DNA of 64,000 nucleotides from assembly GCA_038208295.1 (NCBI GenBank), contig JBBQYX010000006.1:15437-79436 (forward strand), given 5' to 3'. This document shows positions 44,930 through 54,624 of this stretch, in pieces (within the stretch, counting starts at the first letter, position 1; each line of letters begins with the position of its first letter). The DNA is from Candidatus Nanopelagicales bacterium (GTDB lineage: Bacteria; Actinomycetota; Actinomycetes; S36-B12; JBBQYX01). The translations under genes and the position numbers were made by a program. A model generated the notes under the pieces. That model was not told the origin of the DNA. It did not search any database and worked only from the letters and a program-made list of their open reading frames with translations.

Positions 44930-46330
44930 GTGGAGCGGATGAACGCTGCGCAAACACCGGGGTTCGCCCGGTCGAGCCAGCCAGCGCGAGCCGGCCACCG
45001 GCCTATTGTCCTGCTCGTGGACGCAGCAGTGGCCGCGGGCCTGACCGGCACCGTGGGCGTGATGGTGGGGGGCATGGTTGCCGTCCGCGGTCGGTTCACC
45101 CGCACGCCGGTCCCCTCGACCGCCCATCTGCCGGGCGCCCGACGGATGCCGGTCGATCTGGGTCGGGCTGAGGCGAGGATCTTCTCCCCTCGAACTTCCA
45201 CCCCCGTTGCGGTCGAGACGCCGCCGGGACCCGACTCTGCCCTGGATCCGGACACGGTCGCCCTGCTCGGGGTGCTGCCCGGCGCTGCCGTCGTCGTGGC
45301 TGCCGACGACCGGGTGATTTTTGCCTCGCCACGGGCTCGGGCGCTGGGTCTGCTGCGTCGCGAACGGCTGGCCTTCGACGAGCTGACCGCCTGCGCCAGC
45401 GCGGCGCGCTCGGCCGGGGTCGCGCGTGAATGCGAGCTGGCCGTGCGTCGACTCCCGATGCGCAAGGGTCGGCTGGAACTGCGGGTGCGTTCGGCCCCAC
45501 TGGCAGCGGGCAACGTGGCGCTGATGATCGACGATCTGACCGAGGAGCGCCGGGTCGATGCCGTACGCCGGGACTTCATCGCCAACGTCAGCCACGAACT
45601 CAAGACCCCGGTCGGGGCACTGTCCCTGCTGGCGGAGGCCGTCCGCAGTGCTACCGACGACCCGGCTGCTATCCAGCGCTTCGCCGCTCGGATGCAGACG
45701 GAAGCCGTCCGGTTGTCGAACCTGGTCACCGACCTAATCGACCTGTCCCGGCTGCAAGGCGACGATCCGCTGTCGCACGCGCATCGGGTGGAGGTCGACC
45801 GAGTCGTCGCCGAGGCGGTCGACTCCACCCGCCAGGTGGCCGCCGCCAAGGAGATCGAACTGGTCGTCGGCGGCACCCCGGACCTGGAGGTCTATGGCGA
45901 GGAATCCCAGTTGGTCACCGCGCTGCGCAACCTGCTGACCAATGCCATTGCCTACTCGCCACCTCGCACCCGGGTTGCGGTGGCCACGTTGTCGACGAAG
46001 GGCGTCGTCGAGATGGCCGTCAAGGACCAGGGCATCGGGATCCCCGAGCGGGAGTTGACCCGGATCTTCGAACGCTTCTACCGGGTGGACCCGGCCCGGT
46101 CCCGGGTCACCGGTGGCACCGGACTTGGCCTGGCGATCGTCAACCATGTCTGCAGCAACCACGGCGGGGACGTCACGGTGTGGTCGGTGGCGGGCGAGGG
46201 TTCGACGTTCACCCTGAGACTGCCCGCATACGGCCCCGCCACGGTCGAACTCACCGAGCGCGAACTCGCAGAGGAAGAGACGCCGGAGCCGGTCGGCCAC
46301 GACAACACGGACGGGAGTGCTATCCGGTGA
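44930..46330 (+). CDS. senX3: Sensor histidine kinase SenX3/PhoR type
   Basis: H-box FIANVSHELKTPV, N-box LLTNAIAYSP, G-boxes DQGIGIP / GTGLGLAIV. N-terminal TM. Start is the GTG at 44930 or the ATG at 44939. Confidence 0.9.
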   Translation: MERMNAAQTPGFARSSQPARAGHRPIVLLVDAAVAAGLTGTVGVMVGGMVAVRGRFTRTPVPSTAHLPGARRMPVDLGRAEARIFSPRTSTPVAVETPPGPDSALDPDTVALLGVLPGAAVVVAADDRVIFASPRARALGLLRRERLAFDELTACASAARSAGVARECELAVRRLPMRKGRLELRVRSAPLAAGNVALMIDDLTEERRVDAVRRDFIANVSHELKTPVGALSLLAEAVRSATDDPAAIQRFAARMQTEAVRLSNLVTDLIDLSRLQGDDPLSHAHRVEVDRVVAEAVDSTRQVAAAKEIELVVGGTPDLEVYGEESQLVTALRNLLTNAIAYSPPRTRVAVATLSTKGVVEMAVKDQGIGIPERELTRIFERFYRVDPARSRVTGGTGLGLAIVNHVCSNHGGDVTVWSVAGEGSTFTLRLPAYGPATVELTERELAEEETPEPVGHDNTDGSAIR

Positions 46331-47007
46331 CGCGAGTGCTGGTGGTGGAGGACGAAGAGTCGTTCAGCGACGCCCTGTCTTTCATGTTGCGCAAGGAGGG
46401 CTTCGAGGTCGGCATTGCCGCGACCGGCCCGGACGCTCTGGCGGAATTCGACCGGCACGGCGCCGATCTGGTGCTGCTGGATCTGATGCTGCCGGGCATC
46501 CCCGGTACGGAGGTCTGCCGGACCCTGCGCGCCAAGTCCAACGTCCCGATCATCATGGTGACCGCCAAGGACGGCGAGATCGACAAGGTGGTGGGCCTGG
46601 AACTGGGCGCTGACGATTACGTAACCAAGCCGTTCTCCTCCCGCGAGCTCATCGCCCGCGTCCGGGCCGTGCTGCGCCGCAAGGGTGACGGGGACGACCT
46701 GTTGCCGCCGACGCTGGAGGTCGGGCCGATCCGGATGGACGTCGAACGGCACGTGGTCACCATCGCAGGGGTGCCAACCACATTGCCGTTGAAGGAGTTC
46801 GAACTATTAGAGATCCTTCTGCGCAACGCTGGCCGGGTCCTGACCCGAGGACAGTTGATCGACCGGGTCTGGGGATCGGACTACGTCGGGGACACCAAGA
46901 CCCTCGACGTGCACGTCAAACGACTCCGGTCCAAGATCGAACCCGACCCCTCACAGCCGCGCTTCCTGGTGACCGTCCGGGGTCTGGGCTACAAGTTGGA
47001 GACGTGA
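46327..47007 (+). CDS. regX3: OmpR-family response regulator RegX3/PhoP type
   Basis: GTG at 46327 overlaps the kinase stop (GTGA). VLVVEDEESFSDALSFMLRKEGFEV...LLDLMLPG...KVVGLELGADDYVTKPFS is near-identical in pattern to RegX3. Confidence 0.93.
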   Translation: MTRVLVVEDEESFSDALSFMLRKEGFEVGIAATGPDALAEFDRHGADLVLLDLMLPGIPGTEVCRTLRAKSNVPIIMVTAKDGEIDKVVGLELGADDYVTKPFSSRELIARVRAVLRRKGDGDDLLPPTLEVGPIRMDVERHVVTIAGVPTTLPLKEFELLEILLRNAGRVLTRGQLIDRVWGSDYVGDTKTLDVHVKRLRSKIEPDPSQPRFLVTVRGLGYKLET

Positions 47008-47017
47008 CTTCGGGCCA

Positions 47018-47527
47018 CTATGAGGTGGGCGGGGCCACGGGCCTGGGGGCGATCCCCTCGTATATCCCGGTGGGCGGCACGGTCAACGCCTGGAAGGTCA
47101 TCCGACCGGCCCGCTCAAAGGTCAGGGTGACGGCGACGAACTGACTGGGTACGAGGTCCTTGCCGTAGGTGTTGACGAAGTGCTCGCTGTCCCAGCCCAA
47201 CCCCACCGAGACCGAGGGCAACAGTTCGATCTTGCCGCCGGTGATGTAGGTGGTAACGCTGGCAGGATCGGTGCTGATGCCCACCAATGCATCCGGTTCG
47301 GTGCCGGTGTTGAGCAGCGTGCCGATCAGCGTGGCGCTGCCGCCCTGCGGCCCGGTCACCAGGGTCGCGCCGTTGATCTGCACATCCCCTGAGGTGGCCT
47401 GGGCCCCGTTGCCGGCGGCCTCCAGGCTCAGCGTCGCGGCGTTCTGGCCCTGCCAGCAGCCAGCCAGCGAAGGAACCAGGGCCACCGTCATCAGGGCGGC
47501 GGCGGCAGTACGACGGATGCGGGTCAC
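47018..47527 (-). CDS. Putative secreted lipoprotein
   Basis: Signal peptide plus lipobox SLAGC. No recognised catalytic motif. Confidence 0.65.
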   Translation of the reverse strand: MTRIRRTAAAALMTVALVPSLAGCWQGQNAATLSLEAAGNGAQATSGDVQINGATLVTGPQGGSATLIGTLLNTGTEPDALVGISTDPASVTTYITGGKIELLPSVSVGLGWDSEHFVNTYGKDLVPSQFVAVTLTFERAGRMTFQALTVPPTGIYEGIAPRPVAPPTS

Positions 47528-47656
47528 GGGGGGGCTCGCTCCCTGCTCGGTAACGGGGGTGGCAACGCTGCCCGGTTGGTTCCGCCGACACCGCAGGGGC
47601 GGTGCGTCGGGGGCAGCCGATCGGCTCCGACTGGGCGGCCGAGGCTGGTCGGCACC

Positions 47657-48478
47657 TTAGCGGGCCGCTGCCCCCGGCGAGGCGAGGGTCCGCAGGAGCG
47701 CGTCCAGCGGCTGCCCGGCCCGGTGGTCGCGGATGACCTCGGCGACGATGCCGTCGGCGTGGACCGCAACCAACGTCAGACCGGTCGGTCGGTAGACGCT
47801 CAGCGCCTGCTGGGCATCCGTCAAGGCGACGGAGCCCGGTGCTGCCTGCGCAATGGCCGTACGGATCGCCGCCCGGTCGCTACCGGCGACGATCAACCGC
47901 AGCCCCTGGCTGCGGGCGGCGCGGGAGGCGTCGGCCAAGGCCGCGGCGCAATCCGCACAGCCGCCCTGCGGCCACAGCGCCAGCACACTGGGGCGCAGGT
48001 CCCGCAGGGAGCGCACGCCCCCGTTGACCTGGACCTGGGCCGCCGGTAGCAGAGCCCCAGCGGAACCGATCGGTGCGTCGGTTGTAGCCGACAGTGCCAA
48101 CGTGTCCGGCCGGGCACTCAGGCGCGGCGCCACAGTCATCACGATTGCCGCGGCGACGACCATGAAAGCCACAACGGTGATCACCAGCGCCCCGACGCCC
48201 CAACGCTCCACCGCCGATTGTTCGGCTGGCAACGTAGGCGAGCGGCGATCATCGCCCTCGGCCAGGTCGCCACGCTCGGGACGCGCCCGCGGCCCGAACC
48301 GGGGCGGCTCACGGCGGCCGCTGCGTCGTAGGACGAACCGGCGGCGACCACGCGGCACGTCGGCGATCTCGCGCAGGTAGGCCTGCCGGTCCGCCTCCAA
48401 CGCACGGGCGTCGTCCGGGGCGCACAAATGACGCAGCGCCGGCGGCAGGTCATCGGGTTCGAGGGCGCTCACGCGCAT
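47657..48478 (-). CDS. Single-pass membrane protein with thioredoxin-like-looking ectodomain, unknown function
   Basis: ATG at 48478 (MRVSALEPDD) in ORF 47657..48655. Central TM GVGALVITVVAFMVVAAAIVMTV. A CADC pair in the C-terminal domain. Confidence 0.5.
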   Translation of the reverse strand: MRVSALEPDDLPPALRHLCAPDDARALEADRQAYLREIADVPRGRRRFVLRRSGRREPPRFGPRARPERGDLAEGDDRRSPTLPAEQSAVERWGVGALVITVVAFMVVAAAIVMTVAPRLSARPDTLALSATTDAPIGSAGALLPAAQVQVNGGVRSLRDLRPSVLALWPQGGCADCAAALADASRAARSQGLRLIVAGSDRAAIRTAIAQAAPGSVALTDAQQALSVYRPTGLTLVAVHADGIVAEVIRDHRAGQPLDALLRTLASPGAAAR

Positions 48479-48613
48479 GAGTATGGGCCGAACAGGACGA
48501 TTGGGCGAGGGGGTCGTTACCCAGGACCCTTGACAATTTCCGACCAGGGGAGCATCAACAGGATGATCATGGTTACGTGGTAGCCTAGGGAGCCTGGAAA
48601 GGGGTACCACTAC

Positions 48614-49096
48614 ATGGCGTTCAAGGTCGGCGATACGGTCGTCTACCCCCATCACGGGGCCGCTCTCATCGAATCCATCGAGATTCGTCAGATCAAGGGA
48701 GTCGATCGCGAATATCTCGTTCTCCGAGTCGCCCAGGGTGATTTAACGGTACGCGTACCCGCCGACAACGTCGACCTCGTGGGCGTGCGTGACGTCGTCA
48801 ATGCCGAAGGCCTCGACCGGGTCTTCGAGGTGCTGCGCCAGCCGTACACCGAGGAGCCGACGAACTGGTCCCGCCGGTATAAGGCAAACCTGGAGAAGCT
48901 TGCTTCCGGCGACGTCATCAAGGTCGCCGAGGTGGTTCGTGATCTGTGGCGCCGGGAACGTGAGCGAGGCCTATCGGCCGGCGAAAAGCGGATGCTGGCC
49001 AAAGCCCGTCAGATTCTCGTGAGTGAGTTGGCGCTGGCGGAGAAGACCAACGAGGACAAGGCCGAGGCCATCCTCGACGAGGTCCTCGCCAGCTGA
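48614..49096 (+). CDS. carD: RNA polymerase-binding transcription factor CarD
   Basis: [23 protein letters not shown]... and NWSRRYKAN are CarD hallmarks. Confidence 0.95.
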   Translation: MAFKVGDTVVYPHHGAALIESIEIRQIKGVDREYLVLRVAQGDLTVRVPADNVDLVGVRDVVNAEGLDRVFEVLRQPYTEEPTNWSRRYKANLEKLASGDVIKVAEVVRDLWRRERERGLSAGEKRMLAKARQILVSELALAEKTNEDKAEAILDEVLAS

Positions 49097-49144
49097 TCCA
49101 GACCTCCAGCCGGGCGCCTGCCTGCTGATTCCGCACCGTGTGGC

Positions 49145-49182
49145 CATCGAGCCCGGTCGTCCCCCGACGGCCGGGCTCGATG
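49145..49182 (+). terminator. Hairpin downstream of carD
   Basis: catcgagcccggtcgtc / gacggccgggctcgatg form a 17-bp stem (one G-U pair) with loop cccc. No U-tract, as is common in high-GC actinobacteria. Confidence 0.45.
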
Positions 49183-49276
49183 CATGTCGCGGCGTGGAAC
49201 ACGATCGGCTCCCCGCGGCGCGGCGGCGATGCCCTACCGTCAACGCCGTCCTACCGTCGAAGAAGGTGCGTTCGTC

Positions 49277-50530
49277 GTGACCGTGCGCCTGTCCCGCGTC
49301 CCCAGCATCGCCGTGGAGGCGTTGCGGCTGCTCGTCGTGGCCTTCGGCGCGGGTTTGGGATTCGAAGTGGCGCAGCGGCTCGGAGCCACCCGTAGTGATC
49401 CCGTGCTGGGTTCCTTCGACGGCGTCTGGGTCGGCGTGATCATCGGCGCAGGGCTGGGCTACTCGCTGGGTGGGGTCGTCGCTCGCACGCTGGTCCGCGC
49501 CATCGACTCCGGGGAACGGGCCCTGGATCGGCTCAGCCCGGAACAGGTCGTAGCCGGCAGCTTTGGTGCGCTGCTCGGCGCATTGCTCATCACCGTCGTT
49601 GGCTGGCCGCTGTTCCTGCTCGGTAGGCCGATCCTGGTCCTGCCGGTGTTCCTGCTCCTCGTACTCACCGGGGCCATGTTTGGCTTCCGGGTCGGCCGCG
49701 CCCGCCGCAGCGCGGTGCTGACGATGGCCGGACCTCGTACGGGCATCGCCGCGCCGCCGAGAGCCACCGCCTCGCTGCCTCGACTGCTGGACACCTCCGT
49801 GGCGATCGACGGTCGACTGCTGGACGTCGTCCGAGCCGGCTTCGTCCACGGCAGGCTGCTGATCTGCACCCCGGTGCTCGGCGAACTGCAGGCCTTGGCC
49901 GATTCCGCCGATGATCTGCGCCGGGCGCGCGGGCGCCGCGGCCTGGACGTCCTACAAGCCCTGGAGCGCGAACAGGGCGTGGAGCTGGAGCCCATCGGCG
50001 ACGAGGCCCCCGGCGTCTCCGACGTCGACGCCAAACTCATCCGCATCGCCTTGGACCGGCAGGCCGGCCTGCTGACCTTCGACACGAACCTGGCCAAGGT
50101 CGCCGCCCTGGCAGGGGCCCGGGTGTTGAACATGCACGCGCTGGCGCTAGCCCTGCGCCCCCCGGTCGTGGTCGGCGACGAGGTCGATGTCGTCCTGGCC
50201 AAGCCCGGCAAGGAGCCAGGACAGGCGGTCGGCTACCTCGACGACGGCACGATGGTCGTTGTAGAGGCGGCCCGGCCCCGGGTCGGCCAGGATGCCCGAG
50301 TGATCGTCACCAGTGTGCTCACCACGGCGAACGGCCGGATGGTGTTCGCCCGACTGGCGGGCCGGGGCGATGTGACCGGCGGCCTCGTCGGCAAGGACCC
50401 CGGCAAGGACCCTGGCAAGGACCCTGGCAAGGACCCTGGCGATGCCACCACCGCCGGGTCCGACCCGGCTCGGCCGACCGCACACCCGCTGCACGATCCG
50501 GTCGAATCCGCCCGGGCGCGGCAGCGATGA
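49277..50530 (+). CDS. PIN/TRAM-domain membrane protein (YacL-like)
   Basis: GTG at 49277. Four N-terminal TM helices. PIN region LLDTSVAIDGRL...ELQALADS. TRAM region GQAVGYLDDGTMVVVE. C-terminal (GKDP)4 repeat. Confidence 0.8.
   Translation: MTVRLSRVPSIAVEALRLLVVAFGAGLGFEVAQRLGATRSDPVLGSFDGVWVGVIIGAGLGYSLGGVVARTLVRAIDSGERALDRLSPEQVVAGSFGALLGALLITVVGWPLFLLGRPILVLPVFLLLVLTGAMFGFRVGRARRSAVLTMAGPRTGIAAPPRATASLPRLLDTSVAIDGRLLDVVRAGFVHGRLLICTPVLGELQALADSADDLRRARGRRGLDVLQALEREQGVELEPIGDEAPGVSDVDAKLIRIALDRQAGLLTFDTNLAKVAALAGARVLNMHALALALRPPVVVGDEVDVVLAKPGKEPGQAVGYLDDGTMVVVEAARPRVGQDARVIVTSVLTTANGRMVFARLAGRGDVTGGLVGKDPGKDPGKDPGKDPGDATTAGSDPARPTAHPLHDPVESARARQR
50390..50437. repeat. 12-nt tandem repeat x4 (ggcaaggaccc[ct]) encoding (GKDP)4
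   Basis: Direct reading of the sequence. Confidence 0.9.
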
Positions 50531-51249
50531 GCGGCGCCGAGACGACCGGCCGGACCGCTGCCGTCGTCCCCGCGGCCGGTCGCGGGGAACGGCTGGGTCC
50601 TGGCGCCCCCAAGGCGCTGCGTGAGCTCGGCGGGCTGCCGATGCTGGTGCACGCCGTACGCGCGCTGGCCGCCGCGCGCAGCGTCGCCTTGGTCGTGGTT
50701 GCTGCCCCGGCCGAGGAGGTCGATGCCGTCCGTGACCTGCTGGCCGACCATGTCCTGGACGCCGAGTTGCGCGTCGTGCCCGGCGGACCTACCCGAGCAC
50801 GGTCCGTGGCCGCTGCCCTGGCCGCGCTGCCGCCCGACGTCGACGTCGTCCTGGTGCACGACGCCGCCCGGCCGCTGGCGCCGGTCGGCCTGATCGACGA
50901 CGTGACGGCCGCGGTACGGCGCGGCGCGGATGCGGTCGTCCCGGTGCTGCCGGTCGTTGACACCATCAAGCAGGTCGACGACGCGGGCACCGTCGTACGG
51001 ACCGTGGACCGTACGACGCTGCGCGCCGTGCAGACCCCGCAGGGGTTCCGACGGGCAACACTGGTCGCCGCGCAGCAGGCAGCGCCCGACGACGAGATCA
51101 CCGACGATGCCGGACTCGTGGAGCGGGCGGGCCATCGCGTGGTCACCGTGGCCGGTCACGAGGAAGCGTTCAAGGTGACCCGGCCATTGGATCTCGTGCT
51201 GGCCGAAGCGGTCCTCGCGCGACGACGGGCCGCCGGTGTCCTGGGCTGA
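50527..51249 (+). CDS. ispD: 2-C-methyl-D-erythritol 4-phosphate cytidylyltransferase
   Basis: [29 protein letters not shown]. Confidence 0.92.
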   Translation: MSGAETTGRTAAVVPAAGRGERLGPGAPKALRELGGLPMLVHAVRALAAARSVALVVVAAPAEEVDAVRDLLADHVLDAELRVVPGGPTRARSVAAALAALPPDVDVVLVHDAARPLAPVGLIDDVTAAVRRGADAVVPVLPVVDTIKQVDDAGTVVRTVDRTTLRAVQTPQGFRRATLVAAQQAAPDDEITDDAGLVERAGHRVVTVAGHEEAFKVTRPLDLVLAEAVLARRRAAGVLG

Positions 51250-51733
51250 CGGCGTCGCGGTCCCCCGGGTCGGGATCGGGGTGGACGTCCACCCGTACGA
51301 CGCGGACCGACCGCTATGGCTCGCCGGCCTACTCTGGCCCGGTGAGGTCGGCCTGGCCGGGCACTCCGACGCCGACGTCGCGGCCCATGCGGTCTGCGAC
51401 GCGCTGCTGTCCGCCGCCGGTCTTGGGGACCTGGGGGTCGTCTTCGGCACGTCCGACCCACGGTGGGCCGGCGCCAGTGGGGCCGCACTGCTCGCCGAGA
51501 CGGCCCGCCTGGTCCGAGCAGCCGGCTACGAGATCGGCAACGCCAGCGTTCAGGTGATCGGCAACCGGCCGCGGCTGGGCGCCCGCCGCACCGAGGCCGC
51601 GGCCACCCTGTCCGCCGCCTGCGGCGCGGACGTTCACGTCAGCGCCACCACGACGGACGGGCTGGGGCTCACCGGCCGGGGCGAGGGCGTAGCCGCCATC
51701 GCGACGGCTCTGGTCATGGGCCCGCGGCAGTGA
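51236..51733 (+). CDS. ispF: 2-C-methyl-D-erythritol 2,4-cyclodiphosphate synthase
   Basis: [24 protein letters not shown], and the TTTDGLG-type C-terminus. The GTG at 51236 overlaps ispD. Confidence 0.92.
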   Translation: MSWADGVAVPRVGIGVDVHPYDADRPLWLAGLLWPGEVGLAGHSDADVAAHAVCDALLSAAGLGDLGVVFGTSDPRWAGASGAALLAETARLVRAAGYEIGNASVQVIGNRPRLGARRTEAAATLSAACGADVHVSATTTDGLGLTGRGEGVAAIATALVMGPRQ

Positions 51734-51880
51734 TCATCGGCCTACGGCAGCGACCCCGGGCCTACGGAGGTGATCATGGGCCTGCGGCAGCGACCCCGGG
51801 CCTACGGCAGCGACCCCGGGCCTACGGAGGTGATCATGGGCCTGCGGCGGTGACCTTGTAACCTGCGGCGGTGAGCCTGC
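51721..51880. repeat. 20-nt tandem repeat, ~8 units (two 60-nt super-units), spanning the ispF stop to the cysS start
   Basis: Units cct[ag]cggcagcgaccccggg and cctacggaggtgatcatggg alternate at exact 20-nt phase from 51721 to 51880. Confidence 0.9.
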
Positions 51881-53313
51881 GCCTGTACGACACCGCCACG
51901 CGGACCGTCCGCGACTTCGTCCCCCTGCAACCGGGCCGGGTGTCGATCTACCTGTGTGGCGCAACCGTGCAGGCGCCCCCGCATATCGGGCACATCCGGT
52001 CGGGGCTCAACTTCGATGTCGCTCAGCGGTGGCTGGCGTACCGCGGCTACGAGGTGACGTTCATCCGCAACGTCACCGATATCGACGACAAGATCATCGC
52101 CAGGGCGGCGGACGAGGGTGTCCCGTACTGGCTGATCGCGATGCGCAACGAGCGGGCCTTCACTGCCGCCTACGACGTGCTGGGGTGCCTGCCGCCGGCC
52201 TATGAGCCACGCGCCACCGGGCACGTGCCCGAGATGATCTCGCTGATGCACCGGCTGATCGACGACGGCCACGCCTACGCCGCGGGGGGGGACGTCTACT
52301 TCGACGTGCGTGCCTGGCCATCGTACGGCGCGCTGTCCGGGCAGCGGATCGACGAGATGCTCCCCGCCGCTGATTCCGACCTGCCCGGCAAGCGGGACCC
52401 CCGCGATTTCGCGCTGTGGAAGGCGTCCCGCCCCGGCGAGCCTTCCTGGGACACCCCTTGGGGGCCCGGGCGTCCGGGTTGGCACCTGGAGTGCTCAGCG
52501 ATGGCGCACAAGTACAACGGGCCCGCCTTCGACATTCACGGCGGCGGCCTGGACCTGGTCTTCCCACACCATGAGAACGAGATCGCGCAGTCCCAGGCGG
52601 CTGGCGACGGGTTCGCCCGCTGGTGGCTGCACAACGCCTGGGTGACCACTAGCGGGGAGAAGATGAGCAAGTCGCTGGGGAACTCGTTGCTGGTCAGCGA
52701 GGTCGTCCAGCGGGTACGCCCGGTCCAGTTGCGCTACTACCTCGTCGCGGCCCACTACCGCTCGATGATCGAGTTCTCCGAGGAGGCGCTGGCCGAGGCC
52801 GGGGTGGCGTACGCGCGGATCGAGGGTTTCGTCCGGCATGCGATCGAGCGGGTTGGGGCGCCTCGTACGACGGTGCCCACAGCCAGCCCGCAGGGCTTCG
52901 CGGCGGCAACTCCCACAGCCATCCCGCCCGCCTTCGCCGCCGGGATGGATGACGACCTCGGTGTTCCGCAGGCCCTCGCGGTGCTGCACGACACCATCCG
53001 GGCGGGCAACTCCGCGCTGGCGGCCGGCGATGACACCGCCACCGCGACGGCCCTGGGCGAGGTGCTGGCCATGACCGGCATCCTCGGCCTGGACCCCACC
53101 GATTCGCACTGGTCGCAGGCGTCCGCCGGCGACCAGGCGCTGCGCGGCGCCGTCGACGGCCTGGTGGCCGTGGCCCTGGACCAGCGCACGCAGGCCCGTG
53201 ACCGACGCGACTATGCCGCTGCGGATGCCGTCCGCGACGGCCTGCGCGATGCCGGTATCGCCGTCGAGGACACCCCCGCCGGACCCCGCTGGACCCTCGC
53301 AGGAAGGCCCTGA
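51871..53313 (+). CDS. cysS: Cysteine--tRNA ligase
   Basis: HIGH-type [13 protein letters not shown] (KMSKSLGN), and Zn ligand pattern CGAT...C..H. Confidence 0.95.
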   Translation: MSLRLYDTATRTVRDFVPLQPGRVSIYLCGATVQAPPHIGHIRSGLNFDVAQRWLAYRGYEVTFIRNVTDIDDKIIARAADEGVPYWLIAMRNERAFTAAYDVLGCLPPAYEPRATGHVPEMISLMHRLIDDGHAYAAGGDVYFDVRAWPSYGALSGQRIDEMLPAADSDLPGKRDPRDFALWKASRPGEPSWDTPWGPGRPGWHLECSAMAHKYNGPAFDIHGGGLDLVFPHHENEIAQSQAAGDGFARWWLHNAWVTTSGEKMSKSLGNSLLVSEVVQRVRPVQLRYYLVAAHYRSMIEFSEEALAEAGVAYARIEGFVRHAIERVGAPRTTVPTASPQGFAAATPTAIPPAFAAGMDDDLGVPQALAVLHDTIRAGNSALAAGDDTATATALGEVLAMTGILGLDPTDSHWSQASAGDQALRGAVDGLVAVALDQRTQARDRRDYAAADAVRDGLRDAGIAVEDTPAGPRWTLAGRP

Positions 53314-53316
53314 ACC

Positions 53317-54609
53317 ATGGCCGGCAACTCCTCCCGACGCGGCGCTACCCGCAATCCCCGAAGCAAGAAGGGCCCAGTCGTCGGTTCCGGCGGGCAACGC
53401 CGCCGTGGCCTGGAGCCCAAGGGCCCGACCCCCAAGGCGGTCGACCGCGACAAGCACTCGGCCGCCAAGCGCGCCCGCACTGCCAGCTCAGGCACCAACT
53501 CCGGCTCCGGCACCAACTCCGGCTCCGGCTCCGGCTGGGGCTCCGGCTCCGGCTGGGGCACCAGCTCCAGCTCCGGGCCTGGCGTCCGCTCCGGACCTGG
53601 CACTCGCTCCGGACCTGGCGCTCGCTCCGGACCTGGCACCGGCTCTGGTCCTGGCGCTCGCTCCGGACTTGGCACCGGCTCTGGACCGCGCACCGGCTCT
53701 GGACCGCGGACCGGCTCCGGCTCGGGTGCGGACGCTCCCAGGCGGAGCGGCGGGCCGTCGGGTAGCGGGCAGTCCGGCGGCGGCCAGCAACGTGGCGCCA
53801 AACGCACCGGCGGTAGTCGCACGGGTGGCAATCGACCTGGCAACAATCGGCCTGGTGGCAACCGCACATCGCGGGAGACGACCGAACTGGTCTTCGGCCG
53901 CAACAGCGTCGTCGAGGCGCTGCGCGCCCACGTACCTGCCACCGCGGTGTTCGTCCAGCAGTATCTCGACAGCGACGACCGCGTCCGCGAGGTACTGCAG
54001 ATCGCCGCCGACCGGCGCATTCCGCTGCTTGAGGCCCCGCGGCCCGAACTGGACCGGATGACCGCCCACGGCGTGCACCAGGGCTTGGCCCTGAAGGTCC
54101 CGGTCTATGACTATGCGGACGCCGCCGAGTTGCTCGACCGGCCCGGGACACCGCTGATCGCGGTGCTCGATGGCATCACCGACCCGCGCAATCTCGGGGC
54201 CGTTGTCAGGTCCGCGGCCGCCTTCGGCTGCCAGGGCGTGGTCGTGCCCGAGCGCCGCGCCGCCGGGATGACCGCCGCAGCCTGGAAGACCTCCGCCGGG
54301 GCGGCGGCGCGGGTGCCGGTCGCCCGTACGGTCAACATCACCCGACTGCTGCGCACCTACCAGCAGGCCGGTGCCACGGTGATCGGCCTGGCCGCCGACG
54401 GCGCCGTGCCGCTGACCGACCTCGACCCCGAGGTGCTCACCGGCCCGGTCATCCTGGTTGTGGGCAGCGAGGGCGCCGGTCTGCATGCGCTGGTCGCCAA
54501 GACCTGTGATCACCTGGTGTCGATCCCGATGACCTCGGACACCGAGTCACTGAACGCCGGAGTCGCGGCCGGCATCGCGCTGTACGCCGTGGCCGCTGCG
54601 CGCCGCTGA
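53317..54609 (+). CDS. rlmB: 23S rRNA (guanosine-2'-O)-methyltransferase RlmB (SpoU/TrmH) with long Gly/Ser/Arg-rich N-terminal extension
   Basis: The C-terminal 240 aa are a SpoU-type core (VFGRNSVVEAL, LDGITDPRNLGAVVRSA, VVGSEGAGL, IPMTSDTESLNAGVAAGIALY). Residues ~57-184 are low-complexity. Confidence 0.88.
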   Translation: MAGNSSRRGATRNPRSKKGPVVGSGGQRRRGLEPKGPTPKAVDRDKHSAAKRARTASSGTNSGSGTNSGSGSGWGSGSGWGTSSSSGPGVRSGPGTRSGPGARSGPGTGSGPGARSGLGTGSGPRTGSGPRTGSGSGADAPRRSGGPSGSGQSGGGQQRGAKRTGGSRTGGNRPGNNRPGGNRTSRETTELVFGRNSVVEALRAHVPATAVFVQQYLDSDDRVREVLQIAADRRIPLLEAPRPELDRMTAHGVHQGLALKVPVYDYADAAELLDRPGTPLIAVLDGITDPRNLGAVVRSAAAFGCQGVVVPERRAAGMTAAAWKTSAGAAARVPVARTVNITRLLRTYQQAGATVIGLAADGAVPLTDLDPEVLTGPVILVVGSEGAGLHALVAKTCDHLVSIPMTSDTESLNAGVAAGIALYAVAAARR

Positions 54610-54624
54610 GACGAAACCGCGCAC

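Noticed and set aside
48530-48613. Candidate carD promoter (TTGACA at 48530-48535)
   Set aside because: No convincing -10 hexamer lies at 16-19 nt spacing, so it cannot be called without TSS data.
51721-51880. Checked whether this and the other tandem repeats (34181-34385, 53590-53730, 40131-40202) could be CRISPR arrays
   Set aside because: The repeats are contiguous with no unique spacers, the units are 12-60 nt, most lie inside coding frames, and no cas genes are present.
53211-54151. Several overlapping ORFs on both strands across the rlmB repeat region
   Set aside because: They are generated by the 18-nt tandem repeat, which stays open in several frames. Only the frame continuing into the SpoU core is credible.
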